Shown piece after piece: positions 37,300-50,247 of a stretch of 64,000 nt of DNA. The stretch spans positions 248,001 to 312,000 of the forward strand of contig LSRY02000051.1 in the NCBI GenBank assembly GCA_001643675.2, written 5' to 3'. How positions within the stretch are numbered: position 1 is the stretch's first letter; each line of letters begins with the position of its first letter. The notes beneath the pieces are model-generated. The model searched no databases, was not told where the DNA came from, and was given only the letters and a program-made list of their open reading frames with translations. Source of the DNA: Monocercomonoides exilis PA203. Lineage: Eukaryota > Protista > Preaxostyla. A program made the translations under genes and the position numbers.

Positions 37300-39042
37300 T
37301 CAAAAAGAAGATCCTCTCAGAAGAATGGAATATTGTGTTTTGTTTGTCACAGTGCCTATCGCTGCAAGTCCAAGTTGAGAAACTGTGTGAAACAAAGTGA
37401 AAAATGGATTGAACATAAAAAGAACTTTCAAATAAAAAGAAGCATGCCTGTGATGTAATGCCATGGATGTGCATCGGAAATGCACCAACACGATGAATAA
37501 ACAGTATCCTCATGGCGAAATGATTCCTCAACTGGTGTAATTCTGAAGACAGCACAATAAACATATTTAACAAAAACAATAATAATAATAAATCTTTTTT
37601 AAAAAAAAGTGTTAAAGCGCGAATCAAACCGTTCAGATCTTGTTGAAGATAGAGAGCCAAACAAAGTAGAAGAGCTGGTTACAGAAGATGAAGACAAAGA
37701 AGTTGTTAACCCTCCAGTTGATGCGCCAACGTTCCAGATTTTTACTGCTTTGTCTGTTGACGTTGTCAAAAGAAGTTCATCGTGAAACGGATTGAACGAA
37801 AGAGACTCAACCCTATCAATGCAAGAATCAAAAAAGAATATTCAAAGTGAATCATTTAATTAGTCATTTCGCAATCAGTTTTCAACAATGAGCACAATTC
37901 AAAAAATGATTGAAAATAGAAAAATAAAAATTTGTGAATTTCTTTTCAGATATTTTCTTTGTTATTTCTCTGTTCTCCTTTTTTCGCTCGCAAACCAATG
38001 AGAATGAGCATCAAAAGACATAATCTCTTTTGAAGCATTTCTTGTATCCCACAAAGCAACTGAACCATCTTTACTTCCCGAAGCAAGACGGTATTGCGTA
38101 GTTGGAGCATAGTCAACGCATTTAACATCTCCCAAATGCGCAGTTGTTATTTCCATTGCTCGACTACATAACAATAAAGACAAATAAATTGAAATTATAA
38201 AGTATTTACCAAAAATATTTGTGCATTAATTTCAATATAGTACCTTCCTGTTCGTATGTCTGTAATAACGATGCTTTTTCCGCTTCCGGTTGCAACGTAC
38301 TCTAAATGCAAAGGGTCCCAAGACACTTATCGCGAATTATTTTTTTTAATTCGAAAAAAATTGAGAATAAAAAACAAATTCCATCTTTAATAATATGTAA
38401 ATATACTTGTTAAATTATCTCCACATTTTGTCCAATTATATGGGCTTGGTGTTGATGTTGAAAGTTTCCATTCAGACCCAAGATCAGTCCACAAACTTAG
38501 GCCTTCTTTTGTTAGAATTCCAAGCAGCTTTGGATCGTGTGGAGCTTGAATAATTTTTGCAAGATGCTTGAGAGGAAATGTATACTTTAGACTAATTTCT
38601 CCCATTCTAGAAGTTGGAGCATTATCAAGTAGATTATACATTGCAGTGACAGAGGGAAAACCTGCAATGAGAAAAAAAAAAGAACAGTTGAAACTTTTAA
38701 AACCAGGAAGAAAACAAACCTGGTTTTTCTGGTGTTGAAGTGAATACAAATGAAGGATCTGTGTGAAGTGTAGACATTTGGCGAATCTCTTTTCCATGAG
38801 CAAACACTTTCTTAATTGCAGCTGCGTTTGAAATTGGATCATACTGAACTAAATAAATCTTCATGAACGAGAAAATAATTATAGTATCAATAACATTATT
38901 AATTAGCCTGCTATACTTCGTTGTCATCCTTCACAGAACATGATGCAACGAGAAATAGAGGGTTGTCATCACTCGCCACAGAAGCCGCACATCTGGTGGG
39001 AAGTCCAAATCCTACAATTGCCTCTTGCAGGTCACGCGACAT
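37300..39042 (-). CDS. EIPR1: WD40 protein EIPR1/TSSC1 (EARP/GARP interactor); multi-exon
   Basis: AIVGFGLPTRCAASVASDDNPLFLVASCSVKDDNE|IYLVQYD..AHGKEIRQM; AHLGDVKCVDYAP..LWDTRN..AHSHW|VESLSFNPFHDELLLTTSTD; HEDTVYSSCW..HPW; the C-terminus contains QYSILL. All are collinear with EIPR1. Confidence 0.85.
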
Positions 39043-39320
39043 AGTCGTGAAGTTGTTCTCTTAATACTTCTGTATCGATAAAAAAATCAGCTTAAAACTG
39101 ATCTTATGTGATCTAAGCCAGAATATAATTCAGTATTTTCGAAAACAGTCTTAACCTTCGTTTATTTGACTGTCAACGGTATTAAAAGCAATAATTTTTG
39201 TGTTTCCCTAAAATTTATGGATGTTTATGTTCTTTAATTTGGTCTTTGTTTAAATTTTAACATTTTGAAGGAAACATATCCCTATTTTGTTTCCTTTGTT
39301 TGTTAATCGTTTTTAAAGAA

Positions 39321-39674
39321 ATGAAAATAAAAATAAAAGGTATATTCACGTGTGCATCTTGGAAATGGGAAACAGGAGATTTTGATGAATGTGGTATTTG
39401 CTGCCAGCCATTTTCAAAACCTTGCCCCAAATGCGCTATTCCTGGAGACAGCTGTCCATTAGGTGTGCTCCCAGAAAAAGATAAAATTATTTTTTTATTT
39501 AAAAAATTACTGTAAACGTATGATGAATGCAACTTTAAAGAATGGGGTGTATGTAAGCATGTTTTTCACAAACACTGTGTAGAGAAATGGTTAGGCGATG
39601 GAAAGCACAATTGCCCCTTATGCAGAGCAATTTGGAAGGTTGCAACAAATCCAAAAAAAGATGTTAAAGGTTAA
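39321..39674 (+). CDS. APC11: Anaphase-promoting complex subunit 11 (RING-H2); 2 exons
   Basis: MKIKIK..ASWKW..DECGICCQPF..PCPKCAIPGDSCPL|EWGVCKHVFHKHCVEKWL..CPLCRAIW. Confidence 0.93.
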
Positions 39675-39781
39675 CAATCTCGAATTATGTTGTGTGTCGT
39701 GATAGAATTATCGAATTTTTAATGGTAATGGAAATAACATGCTCTTCGTAAGTGCTTCTTTAACTTTCGGATTTTATTTCT

Positions 39782-40660
39782 TCATCTTTGTTCTTCCTCG
39801 TCACCCGATGCATTGGAATTATCTTCGTTACTTGATTCAGGTTCATCTCCTTTATTTGTTAGTTGTTTTATTGCTTCGAAAGAAGGTTCTGAAATGATCA
39901 CATCTTCATCTGTGGATTTTGACTCCAAAGTCAACATTAAATATAGCATGTCTTTATCTCTTGCCCAATTTTGTTTTTGTGCAAGAATAACTTTCTTCAA
40001 ATAATCAAAAAAATAAAAAGAGTTTTTTTTTTGTTTAAAAATACAAACTTGAGTAACAGTTCGAAAAAGAACGTTAAGCCGATGGGACTGCTGATATTCC
40101 ATTGACAGCGTCGATCTTTGCCCTTTTCTATAAAGATAATTATTAAGAACATAATAATTATTGAACATTATTTTCACGTTATACAAAAGGTTTGAAATAC
40201 ACAACTCGTTTTTAAATCGCTCTTCTCGTTTTAAATTTTCTAATTTTGTGACAAGTTGCCTGTTTAAAATTTCCAACTCTTCAAAGATAAATTTCAAGTT
40301 CAAACATGAATAAAAGCATAAATTGGCAAACCACGTGAACTCTTTTTCAATTCTTCAATTTTTTCCAGTAGATCCTTTTCTTTTTCCATTTTTTCAGTTA
40401 TTTCCTCGGAAAGCTCTGATGTCACTTTTTGGATGTTGTTCAGCTGATTCTTCAATGTTTTAATAGAGTCGCTATCCTCTTCCAATTGACTGAGTTTCCA
40501 TTCCTTTAATGCTCTTTAAAAAGAACGATTGAATCAATTTTCTTTTAAAAAAACAAAGAAATATGTAATTTTCAAACTGTCTTGTAACAAAGGACTTTGA
40601 AATGTATTCAACTTCTTTATCAAATAACTCCTCCTTTAATGTCTGTGACTGTTGGTCCAT
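39782..40660 (-). CDS. CENPH: Coiled-coil protein, probable inner-kinetochore CENP-H/Fta3 homolog; multi-exon
   Basis: After coiled-coil exons, the spliced C-terminus FRTVTQKVILAQKQNWARDKDMLYLMLTLE aligns without gaps to the CENP-H C-terminal motif (Q-x-x-I-L-x-x-K-x-N-W-A-x-D..L-x-L-E). Confidence 0.68.
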
Positions 40661-40758
40661 ACGCTGATATTCTATTTTTTTTCAAAATTTTCGAGTTTAA
40701 ACTTCAAAAATATTCAGATCTTTCAAAATCGATCGTTATGATCTTTTACCAAAACAAA

Positions 40759-43700
40759 ATGACAACAATTATCACTGACAAAATTGGACGCCTTCTAACC
40801 GATAAAGACACAGAAAAAAGAAGGCAGGGAGCTACTGAACTTGAACAAAAAGTTAAACAGTTGGCATCAGAAAAGAGAAAGGAGGTAATTGCTATTTTTG
40901 AACTATTTAAATTTCACAGTTTAATAAAAGGATATTTTGCAATTAATTGCTGCACTTCGCTTGGGATTCGTAAAATCAACTCAATCAAATTCCAGAAAGG
41001 GAGGGCTTGCAGGACTTGCAGCAGTTGCTGTAGCATTGGGCAACGATTGCAATCTTTATGTTACTGAACTTTTTCCTTGTCAAATAAATGCACTTTCAGA
41101 CGCGGTATTATTAAGACTATTCAAAATTTTTATGTTAAAGTGAATGATAACGTAATAACTGTTTTTTTCTCTTTTTTTATGAAAAGGATGCTCGTGTTAG
41201 ATTTTATGCCTGTGAATCTCTTTTCAACACTGTGAAAGCTGCTGGAGTTGCAAGCATGATTTTCTTTAATCAACTTTTTGACGAACTTGCAAAGGTGTTC
41301 GATATGTTCATTCATTATAATTCGTGCTTTATTGTTTTCATAATTTGAATTCTTTATTTAAAAAAAAAAAAAGCTTTCTTCTGATCCAGATGAAATGGTG
41401 AAGAGCGCATGCGAGATGGTTTCACGATACCTGAAAGTTTAATTTTTCCATTAATTCCACAATTTTAAAAGAATTTCATTCATTTAATTTTCTGAAAACG
41501 CTTGCAAGGAATTAATCGTTGCTCATCCAGAGCATTTTGATGTAAAGCGATTTATCCCTCAACTCGCTCGTCAACTTATGACAATTGATCCATATGCGCG
41601 TCAGTTTTTGCTTTCATGGGTTACACTTCTGCAGAACACACCTGGAGTCACTTTGTTAGACGATCTTCCTCTATTTTTCCCTGGATTATTCTCTATCCTC
41701 TCTGAATCAGCTCTTGATCTCCGTAATAAAGCAGAGCAGTGTCTGGCCTCATTTATGGGAGAAATAAAGACACATCCACATTTTGACACAGAGCCAATCA
41801 CGACGTATATCATTGATGCATGCTCAAAGACTCGTATGCAGTTCATGATTGTTTTTTGCAACAATTCAATTTTCTTCTTAATTTTGTTCTGTTTGAATGA
41901 GGCAGATGACACAAACACAAAAATAGTCTCGTTTGAGTGGCTGTATGACATCCTCACTCAGCACCCACCGCCTGACACTTCAAAAGATATTGCGTTCTCT
42001 GCTGCTTTTCTTTCACTCATATTTTCTCATCTGTCCAGCGACAATAAAGGTGCTGTTCTGTTTAACTTCCATTTGTCTTTATTTGATAACAACATTTTCC
42101 ATCCATTTGCATTTCAAATACAACATCACGGGGAAAAAATCTATTTTTTTTTTCTCTCTCTCTCTCTCTTTCTCTTTACAGTCATTCAAGAAGTTGCTTC
42201 ACTCTGCAACGATGGAATGCTCAGTCGTGCATGTTCATTGCAATGCGATGATCCTCAAATACAGGGACTCTTGGATGTCATTCAAAAGGAGGCAAGTTTG
42301 AACTGTGTTTTATTTTTTATCAATCGTCCTTTCTGAATGAAAAATGATGATACATCAATTGTGATGATATTGCTGTGTGTTTTGTATTTCAGCTTCGCCT
42401 TCTGTTGTCACTCGCACAGCTGCTCTTCGATGGATCGATCAGCTTCTGATTCATCACCCAGAACATGTCAGCACAACCATCGCTTCTTCTGCTCCTGTTC
42501 TCATCAGAGCCATCCACACAGATGATGTTCAGGTGTGCCTTCTTTGTCATATTCATTTTTCTTATTAATAGAAAATTTCATTGTGCATTAATTTGTTTTG
42601 AATCATTGGTATTCTTTTTCATCTGATCGTAATGTCATCTGTACTGAACACTTCGTTTATGGATGATCATGTGTGAATGCTGGTTATTTAATAGATTGCT
42701 CGAATAGCACTCGACATCATCTCACAAATCTCAAACGAAAGCGAAGAGCAGTTTTCAATTCTGCTTCATTCTCTTTTCGATCTCTTCAACTTGGACAGAC
42801 AATGCCTTGCTTCTCGTGGGTCTTTGATCATCAGACAAGTATTGGATTTCATTCCTTTCATTCTTTTGATGATTTTTATTTGTTAACAATACTAATTATT
42901 TGATATTCATGTTTCTTTGTGTGAATATTTTGAACATCCACAAATGAATAAAATATTGTTATTCGTCTATTTCTTTTCCAGATGTCACTTCAGCTGAGTC
43001 CCGAGCGCTTGTACGAGAAATTTGCTACAATCATTGTTGAAGAAGAAGACGCTGTATGAATTAGAATCTGTCATTAATTTTCATTCCATTTCATTTCATT
43101 TTGAAATTCATTAATTTCACCAGAATCTTCTTTTCTGTGCAGAATTTGTTCAAAACCTCAACATCGTCCTCCTCTCCTCAACAGAGCTGAACACTCTGCG
43201 TTCTCTTCTCTCCTCCTCTTCCTCTTCTTCCGCCTCTGCGCTCTTCGAGCATCTCTTCCGTGCGTGGTCGCACGATCCCATTTCTCTTGTGTCGCTGTGC
43301 CTCCTCTGCAACAGACTGCGCCTCGCTGCCAGGCTTGTTGCAGCTATCCCCTCTGTCTGCACAATCACCCTCGACTTCCTTCTCCACCTCGACCGCTTTG
43401 TCCATCTCTTCGAGTCTCCCGTCTTTGCCTCGCTCAGAATGCAGCTGGTGGGATTCGGCTGCGATGGAGATGAAGATGAAGATGAAGATGAAGATGAAGA
43501 TGAATGCTCTTCAGACGATGAGGACAGAGAAGAAGAGGAAAACGATGAAGGCATCGAGTGTTCAAGTTGCAAACAGAACGACGAAAAGAATAATGAAAAG
43601 GATGAAAAACAGCAAAAAGACGATTCAGCATCCCAAAAGGCAGAACACAGCAAATCTCAAAAGCGGAGGAGAAGAACCCAAAAGCGACGAACTTGTTCTG

Positions 43701-44261
43701 ATCCCAGTCTGGTTCGAGCGCCTGCAGCCACCCGCGACCTTCATCTGTGTCTGAATGGCCTGCTGATGCTTCTTCCGCAGAGCGAGGCGTTCCACATTCT
43801 CCACAACCGCCTTTCCACATCGCTTGCTTTTTGGTCGGCGAAGCCGCTTCTCCCTGCAAACACTCTCAAGAGCCACAAAAAATTCAGCCAGAAACGTAAT
43901 GCAAAACAGGAATTGAACGAAGAAAAAAGTCAAAAAGAAGCCAAACCCGAAAGCGTTTCTTTGAATGATGGGAAAAAAGATGGCGAGCTGGCCTTATCGT
44001 CTTCTGCCTCATCTTCTGCCTCATCTTCTGTAAGTTCAAGTTCTCCTATTCAAAAGCAAGATTTTTCTCACTCGCGTATGTCTGATTCTGTTCTGTTAGA
44101 ATACTTCAAAGTTACACAAGGAAAGCATAACAAAGCACGAGAAGAAGGTTTGTAAATATTTTTTTTTTAAATGTTATATTGTTATATTTCTTGAATTATA
44201 TTTAGAACTTTTTGCCTTAAGACTTTCCGCACCTCATCCTATAACGTCAACTCAACCTTGA
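40759..44261 (+). CDS. VAC14: VAC14 scaffold of the PIKfyve/Fab1-Fig4 complex; multi-exon
   Basis: LTDKDTEKRRQGATELE, NSRKGGLAGLAAVAVALG, DARVRFYACESLFN, PYARQFLLSWV, LFRAWSHDPISLVSLCLL, LDRFVHLFESPVFASLRMQL and LNGLLMLLPQSEAFHILHNRL. Confidence 0.95.
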
Positions 44262-44551
44262 AAGCACTTATATTTTCAATGTTAAATTGTTATATTTTTT
44301 TTATTATATCATTGAGCTTGTTACTAGCCCCCATATCTTTCAATGATTTTGATATGGGATTTCTGGATGGAGATTTCTTTCTAATTGTGCAATACAAATA
44401 TTTCACTTCGCTTCATTCTCACAGTTGAATGCTTTTTGGTTTTTATTTATTATTTTGCGATTTCGTCGCGTCAAAATTGAAATATGAATTTTTCTTTTCG
44501 ATTTACTAAATTTCACGTAACTACCAAGTTCAAGCGCACTGAAGCAATCAA

Positions 44552-47497
44552 ATGATAGTCATCAATGTTGCCCCATTGCTTTTGTGTGTAATGATTTCTG
44601 TATGCAAAAATGAATGGAGCTATTCTTTGATTTTTACAACTGATATTCATGGAACTGTTTATCGTCAAGACTCAAAAGACAAAACTGATCTTGGTTTTTA
44701 TTATCTTCTTCTTATATGCTTCTATGATTTTTTTCTTGAAATGTTAGGAATTGTTTGTCAGTTCGTTCAAGAAATAAGAAAACTCAAAAAATTAGATCCT
44801 TTCACAAATTATTCAGTTCATTTATTTGATATTGGAGATGCTGTTCATGTATGCTGCTTCCAAATCTATAGGTAACAAAATTTATTTATTATCTCAGGGT
44901 CATTGTTTTAGTGATGCAATTAAGCCCACAGGCTCTGTCGTATTGGAATTGATGCAAATGCTTCCTTATGAATGTCTAGCCATTGGAAATCACGAATTAT
45001 TGGAGCCAGCAACTATCAATTACTTAAGTGATGTATGTGTTATCTCTTATTAAAAAAAATTTTGTATCATTTGTGAAAATTGATTATTTACTAAGATTAT
45101 CAACAGGGATCATTCAATTCCATATGTTACAACAAACGTTTTCTGGAGGAATGAAGGAACAGAAAAGCAATTCGGATCAAAATTATATCATAAAATTGTG
45201 GAAGACAAAAGTGTGGTTATTAATCAATGCTTAACATTACTTATTGAATATAAAATTTATAATGTCAATTAACGAAATTCAATGAAAATATTTGTACAAA
45301 GTAGAAACACAACTATTTGTTTTAGGTTTTATATATCCGCATGTTGTTAAGGCTTCAAATAATCTGACTATATTGGATATTGAGCAGATAAAGAAAAGCA
45401 CAGCCATTAACGTATGAATGAGCGTTTTGATTTTGTGAAACGTTTTAACAAAAACTTTATTTTGTTCGTTCAATTTTTCAGTCCTTATTAGATTCCATTC
45501 GTGATTCGTGCCTTTTTTCTTCATTTCCTTCTGCTGTTGTGGTTCTTCTCCATTCGATATGTCCTTCTGAGTTTTCATCAGCTTTGCTTTCATATCTTCG
45601 CGAGCGATTAACCCATCATGTCCCATTAATTGTACTTGGAGGACACAGCCACGAAGCTCAGCTATCGCCATTGGGTGTTCCAGGCGATGCAAAAGGCAAC
45701 AACTTCTACCCACTCAACTGGAGGAGTTCATTTCCTGTCGTTAGCATCAAATCTTTAATCAAAAAGCCCATAACGTTGCATTCTCTTTCATCAACAGTTG
45801 ATGTTAATCAACTATGGCCGGCTTATTTAGAAAAGAAACTCCGGTTCAACTCTATATTTCTCGATGGAGGCAAACGCCTGGAAGTGATAAGTATGGTTGA
45901 TGTTTGCATCCAAACCACAGAGATCAAAATTAATGGCACATCCTGTTTTAGTCACCAACTGAAAGAAAGACAACTCAGCCTTGTTCCAACAACAAAAAAT
46001 GCAATTAGCGAATTTCTGGAACAACAGCGAAATATTATTAAACGTAAGAACATCAAAAAAGGAAAAGTGTTTCCGCTATCATGTTTGCTTAAGAAATCTG
46101 AAGAAGAAAAATCAGCATATGATATTCCTCAACTCAGCTCTTCGTCTTCAGGCAGTGAAATTTCAAGCATCATCCGTTCAATACAACGTTCGACAAATTC
46201 TCTTGGAAACTCTCTTCTTTTATTAAATTCTTCTTATTTTCGTTCACCGGATTTTAGTGAAACGTCACAAAGTACATGGCCTGTGAAAGGTAATCATTGT
46301 TTATTCTCTCTTTCAGAGCTGCATCCTTTTGTTGACTATGAATCTCTTCATCCTCCATCTATCATATCTAACAACACGAATTTGGACATGGCTGATAAAG
46401 TCAATAACTTTTATCATCTTAAACAAACTTTGTTATTTCCCACATATCGTTACAAGCAGAAAATAGAGCATCCAATGCCCGAGCTGCATTCTTTCATTCT
46501 TACTGAAGTGTGGCCAACGATTGTTGGAAATTGGATTCATCACCTTGTTGATGAAAGTGTTTTAGAGATGAGAAATGAGCCTATCAATTTGTCTTCTATG
46601 GATCATTCTTTAACTTCTATTGTTAGTTCTTCTTTGTCTGATGTTGCAGATAAAAAACCTTCTTCTTCACTTAATGTTCCGCTTGTGTATTTTATTAATT
46701 TGAGGATCTTTCGAAATCCGCTTCCCCATCCATCAATCTGCTTTTCTGCCTTGACTGCTGCACATCTTTCTACTACAGATCCATACAATGAAAACCTAAT
46801 TTTAATCACAGGTGTTCCACTCTCCTTAATTAGACGCTTGTCAATTGAAGCCAAAGGGAGATGGGAATGGTTTGACTCAGATAATTCGGAAAGTCACTTA
46901 AATGGAGAAGATTTCGAAGGGAATGATCATTTAAATGCTGAAAAAACTAAAGAATGCCCCTCTATTTCTCACACGCTCACTCGGTGGAATATCAAAAGAA
47001 AAGGCCATCGATATCATTCGTTCTCTCCATATTTCACATTCCTTCGACTGGGCTCTCGTTCACAAAATCTTTCATTTCATGTAAACTGGAATTATAATTA
47101 TCCTCCATCAACATCATTCAATTTGGCGAAGTATCGCATTAAAAAAAAATCTATATGCAAACATGATAAAATTCTTGGAGAAAAACAGTTTGACATCAGT
47201 CGTCAATACATCACTGATCTACAAAATAAATGGCTTCTTTTTTCCTCACATTATCAGAATCAACCGTTAATTCATTTTCCCGAAGATTGTTATGATTTAT
47301 ACGTTAATGTTGTTACGACTAAGTACAATGCAAATATCTTACTTGAATTTTCTTCTATCACACAAACACTAATAAAAGGAGAAATAATAGGTTTGAATAT
47401 TTTTGGGATTCTGATTTGTCAATTTTTCCATTTTTAAGTTCTTCCTTTCAGGACGCATGATACAATCATTGAGTATATCCAAAGGAAGCATCGGTAG
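44552..47497 (+). CDS. Secreted calcineurin-like metallophosphoesterase (5'-nucleotidase/YHR202W-like); multi-exon; 3' end approximate
   Basis: Signal peptide followed by the motifs FTTDIHG, FDIGDAVH|GHCFSDA, YECLAIGNHEL, VLLHS and LGGHSHE in canonical order. Confidence 0.8.
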
Positions 47498-47768
47498 TTC
47501 GTTTGTCCATAAAAACTAAAATTGAAAAAGTATTTCAAAATAGAGATTGGTTTGTACTCAACAATCAAAAATAATCTCTCTGAAATAATCATATTGCAAA
47601 GCACAGTTAATCGAGATTTTGAAATTAGAATGATAAGTCACAACTTGATGTAACATTCAGGCACACATTTTTCTGAGTTCCTTCAAGAAAATGTATTAAT
47701 ATAACGAGATAAAACCTGTTTTGGTTATTTTTTTCCTTTTTGCCGTGCATCTTTGAGTAAAGGTACAA

Positions 47769-47950
47769 TGTGACGAAATTTTTTACTTTATGAATTTTGT
47801 TCCACACAGTTCTTTCAAGGATTTTTCTCGACTTTTTTATATTTCAATATTTAATATTGCACGGTAATGTCAGAATTATAATTATACGATTGCAGAATAT
47901 TTTTGGAACAAATCATTGAATTTTTCATATATTTAAAAATTCTATCCCCA
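47769..47950 (-). mobile_element. MITE family A, degenerate copy in reverse orientation
   Basis: The left end tgtgacgaaattttttactttatgaattttgttcca matches the reverse complement of the 50646 end. The reverse complement of the right end (tggggatagaattttt..gatttgttccaaa) matches the 50468 end. Length is ~180 bp, as in that copy. Confidence 0.7.
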
Positions 47951-48340
47951 ATATTGTCATGAGGAAAAGAAAAAAATTTTTCTTGCAAATCCAAAGAAGT
48001 TTTCGTGTTTAGAGCATGATTGTTATCTCCTTTTCAGGAAGCTTATGTATCATCAAAAAACATATTCCTTGAATTGAAAAATATGACGAGGAGTATCATC
48101 TTAATTGTTCAGATAAAAGAATAATTCGAGTTTGTGTTCGTTATGAAACAAGATTTTTTTCTTTTGAATGTTCGATAAGACATAAATCGAATATTGATTT
48201 GCATAAGCGAATATAACTATTTTTTTTTGGGGAAGAATTCTGGTATTTTGTGTAAATTTCTTGCATAAAGGAAAAGAAATTAATAATTTGGTCCAAATAT
48301 TTTCCACAATCATTTCATCATCAGTCTTTCATTCTCATGT

Positions 48341-48342
<2 letters not shown>

Positions 48343-48388
<46 letters not shown>
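48343..48388. repeat. Poly(A) tract of ~45 nt
   Basis: Seen directly. Confidence 0.9.
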
Positions 48389-48390
<2 letters not shown>

Positions 48391-48429
48391 GCTTTTTACT
48401 CTTATGTTTTCAAATGTGACTGCGATTGT

Positions 48430-49125
48430 GATTGGATAAAAAAACAAAACAAGAAGGCGAGCAATAATAATCTTCTCCGAAATTGATGAAGCTTATAAAA
48501 TTAGCAGTAGCTTCAAACAGATGAATGAAATATAGAAGTTTCAAAAATATTCTGAAATGAATGAATGAGTTGAAAAAGAAGAAGAAAACATTAAAGAAGA
48601 TGCTGATGAAATAGATAATGTGTGTGCGAAAGAAATGGATATGAAAGATTGAGTGAAGGCGTTAATAAGGAATTTGGGATTGTCTCCATCTTTTCCTGAT
48701 CATTTTTAATAGAACAAAACATATCCAAGGAACTGAATCCGGATTCAGTTAGCAGCAAAGCAGTTATTGTGTGAATAAGAGGTGGAGGAAAAGAATATCA
48801 TTTTTTGCACCTCACTCTGCAGATTAGGCAAAAAAGTGGGGGGGGGGGGGGGGGGAAAAACAAAAATACATTGGATGAAGGAGAGCAACCAACTCTTCCA
48901 AAAAAGAAAAGACTGAGTGATTTTAACTTATCCAAAAGCAAACATGCATGCAATTAATAAGCTGCAACTGAAGATAATTTGACAAGATCAAACTCAGAAT
49001 GGAATAGTGAAGATTAAAAATAAAAAGGAAAATGAAATAAATAAGGAGAAGAGGAGCTGGATGAGGAGGATAATGAAGAGGACGAAGAAGAAGAAGAAAG
49101 GAAAGATATAGAAGAATGTCTAAGC
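48430..49125 (+). pseudogene. Possible decayed coding remnant (purine-rich, acidic tail, internal poly-G at ~48837-48855)
   Basis: Codon-like stretches (EEENIKEDADEIDNVCAKEMDMKD, VKALIRNLGLSPSFPDHF, GEEELDEEDNEEDEEEEE) are broken by stops. Confidence 0.3.
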
Positions 49126-50247
49126 AAAGAACCCCAGAGAATGAGATGAAGTTAAAGCAGTTCGATTAAAAATTTTAAAGATTGCTGTTTTTTCCTGTTC
49201 AATACACTTCAAAAAATGAATAAATAGGAAACCAGCATTCATTAATTCACAGTAATGCGAATTTTTTGAATGCTTAGTCAAATGAATAAAAGCACAGAAT
49301 TCACATCCTTTCATCATATTCTGTGTTTAAACGCTTTGGGTTGTCTTCTTTAACTGTCAATGAAAATTCCTCATTGCAAAAGAATTATCTTTTAATTGTT
49401 AAAAAAGGAAGATGCGTGAAATAATTCTCCAGAGCTCCAATCTGAAAACTTACATTGACCATCAAGTTTTTTAGAAATAAAAATCCTGCTTTCGATGTTA
49501 CCAACTACTTTTCTTTTCCGAAATCACATAAAACACTGCTCACTTCCCTTTCATTCCAAAATTCAAAATTATTTTCTACAAACTTTATTTCCCGCAGCAT
49601 TCCTCCTTTTTGTCTTTGTTCATTCAATGTGTATCTCAGTTGGTGTTCATCATTTGTTCAAACGAAAATCAAGTTGAATAGCAACTCTTTTTCTTATCAT
49701 TCCCTTTGCAAAATGTCACAATTCAGATTCATTTCATCTTTTCGCAGCAAAGGAAAATTTGCCTGATTCAATCACTTGTCAGATTTGTATGAGATAGAAA
49801 GGAAACTGATTTGAATATCTTCTCTGTAAAAAAAATTGCATTTAAAATACTCTTGTTCATTATTTTTAGTTTTCATTTCAGCAGATGAAGTTCGTTAAAC
49901 AGTGGATAAAACCATTCAGCATCAATAACTTTTTATTCATCAGAGCGAGGATATCATTGATTTTCATAATATATCAAATAAGTATTGCTAGTGTGTGATA
50001 GATATTTATGGAACAATTTCTTTTTATATATTATGGTTCAGTCAATTCTTCAAAATAATGCAATTGGATCTGTGATTTCCTTTTCTTTGAAACATACTGA
50101 TTTTTGTAATTTTCCATTTTGACTGTTTTTAAAACGTTAACATCAAAAGGAGAAGTGTGAAAGCTAAAATAACTGTTTCTGTTATGGATTTCTTTTTTTT
50201 CAAATTTTGAAAACACTTGTTGAACGCTGTTTGTCATTATGAAGGAT

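Noticed and set aside
39080-39125. U2 snRNA-like text on the minus strand (TGGCTTAGATCA..ATCAGTTTTAAGCTGAT); similar TGGCTAAGATCA at ~57878
   Set aside because: The invariant branch-pairing GTGTAGTA is absent and there is no clear downstream U2 structure. It is better explained by the promoter GATCA motif. An Infernal search would settle it.
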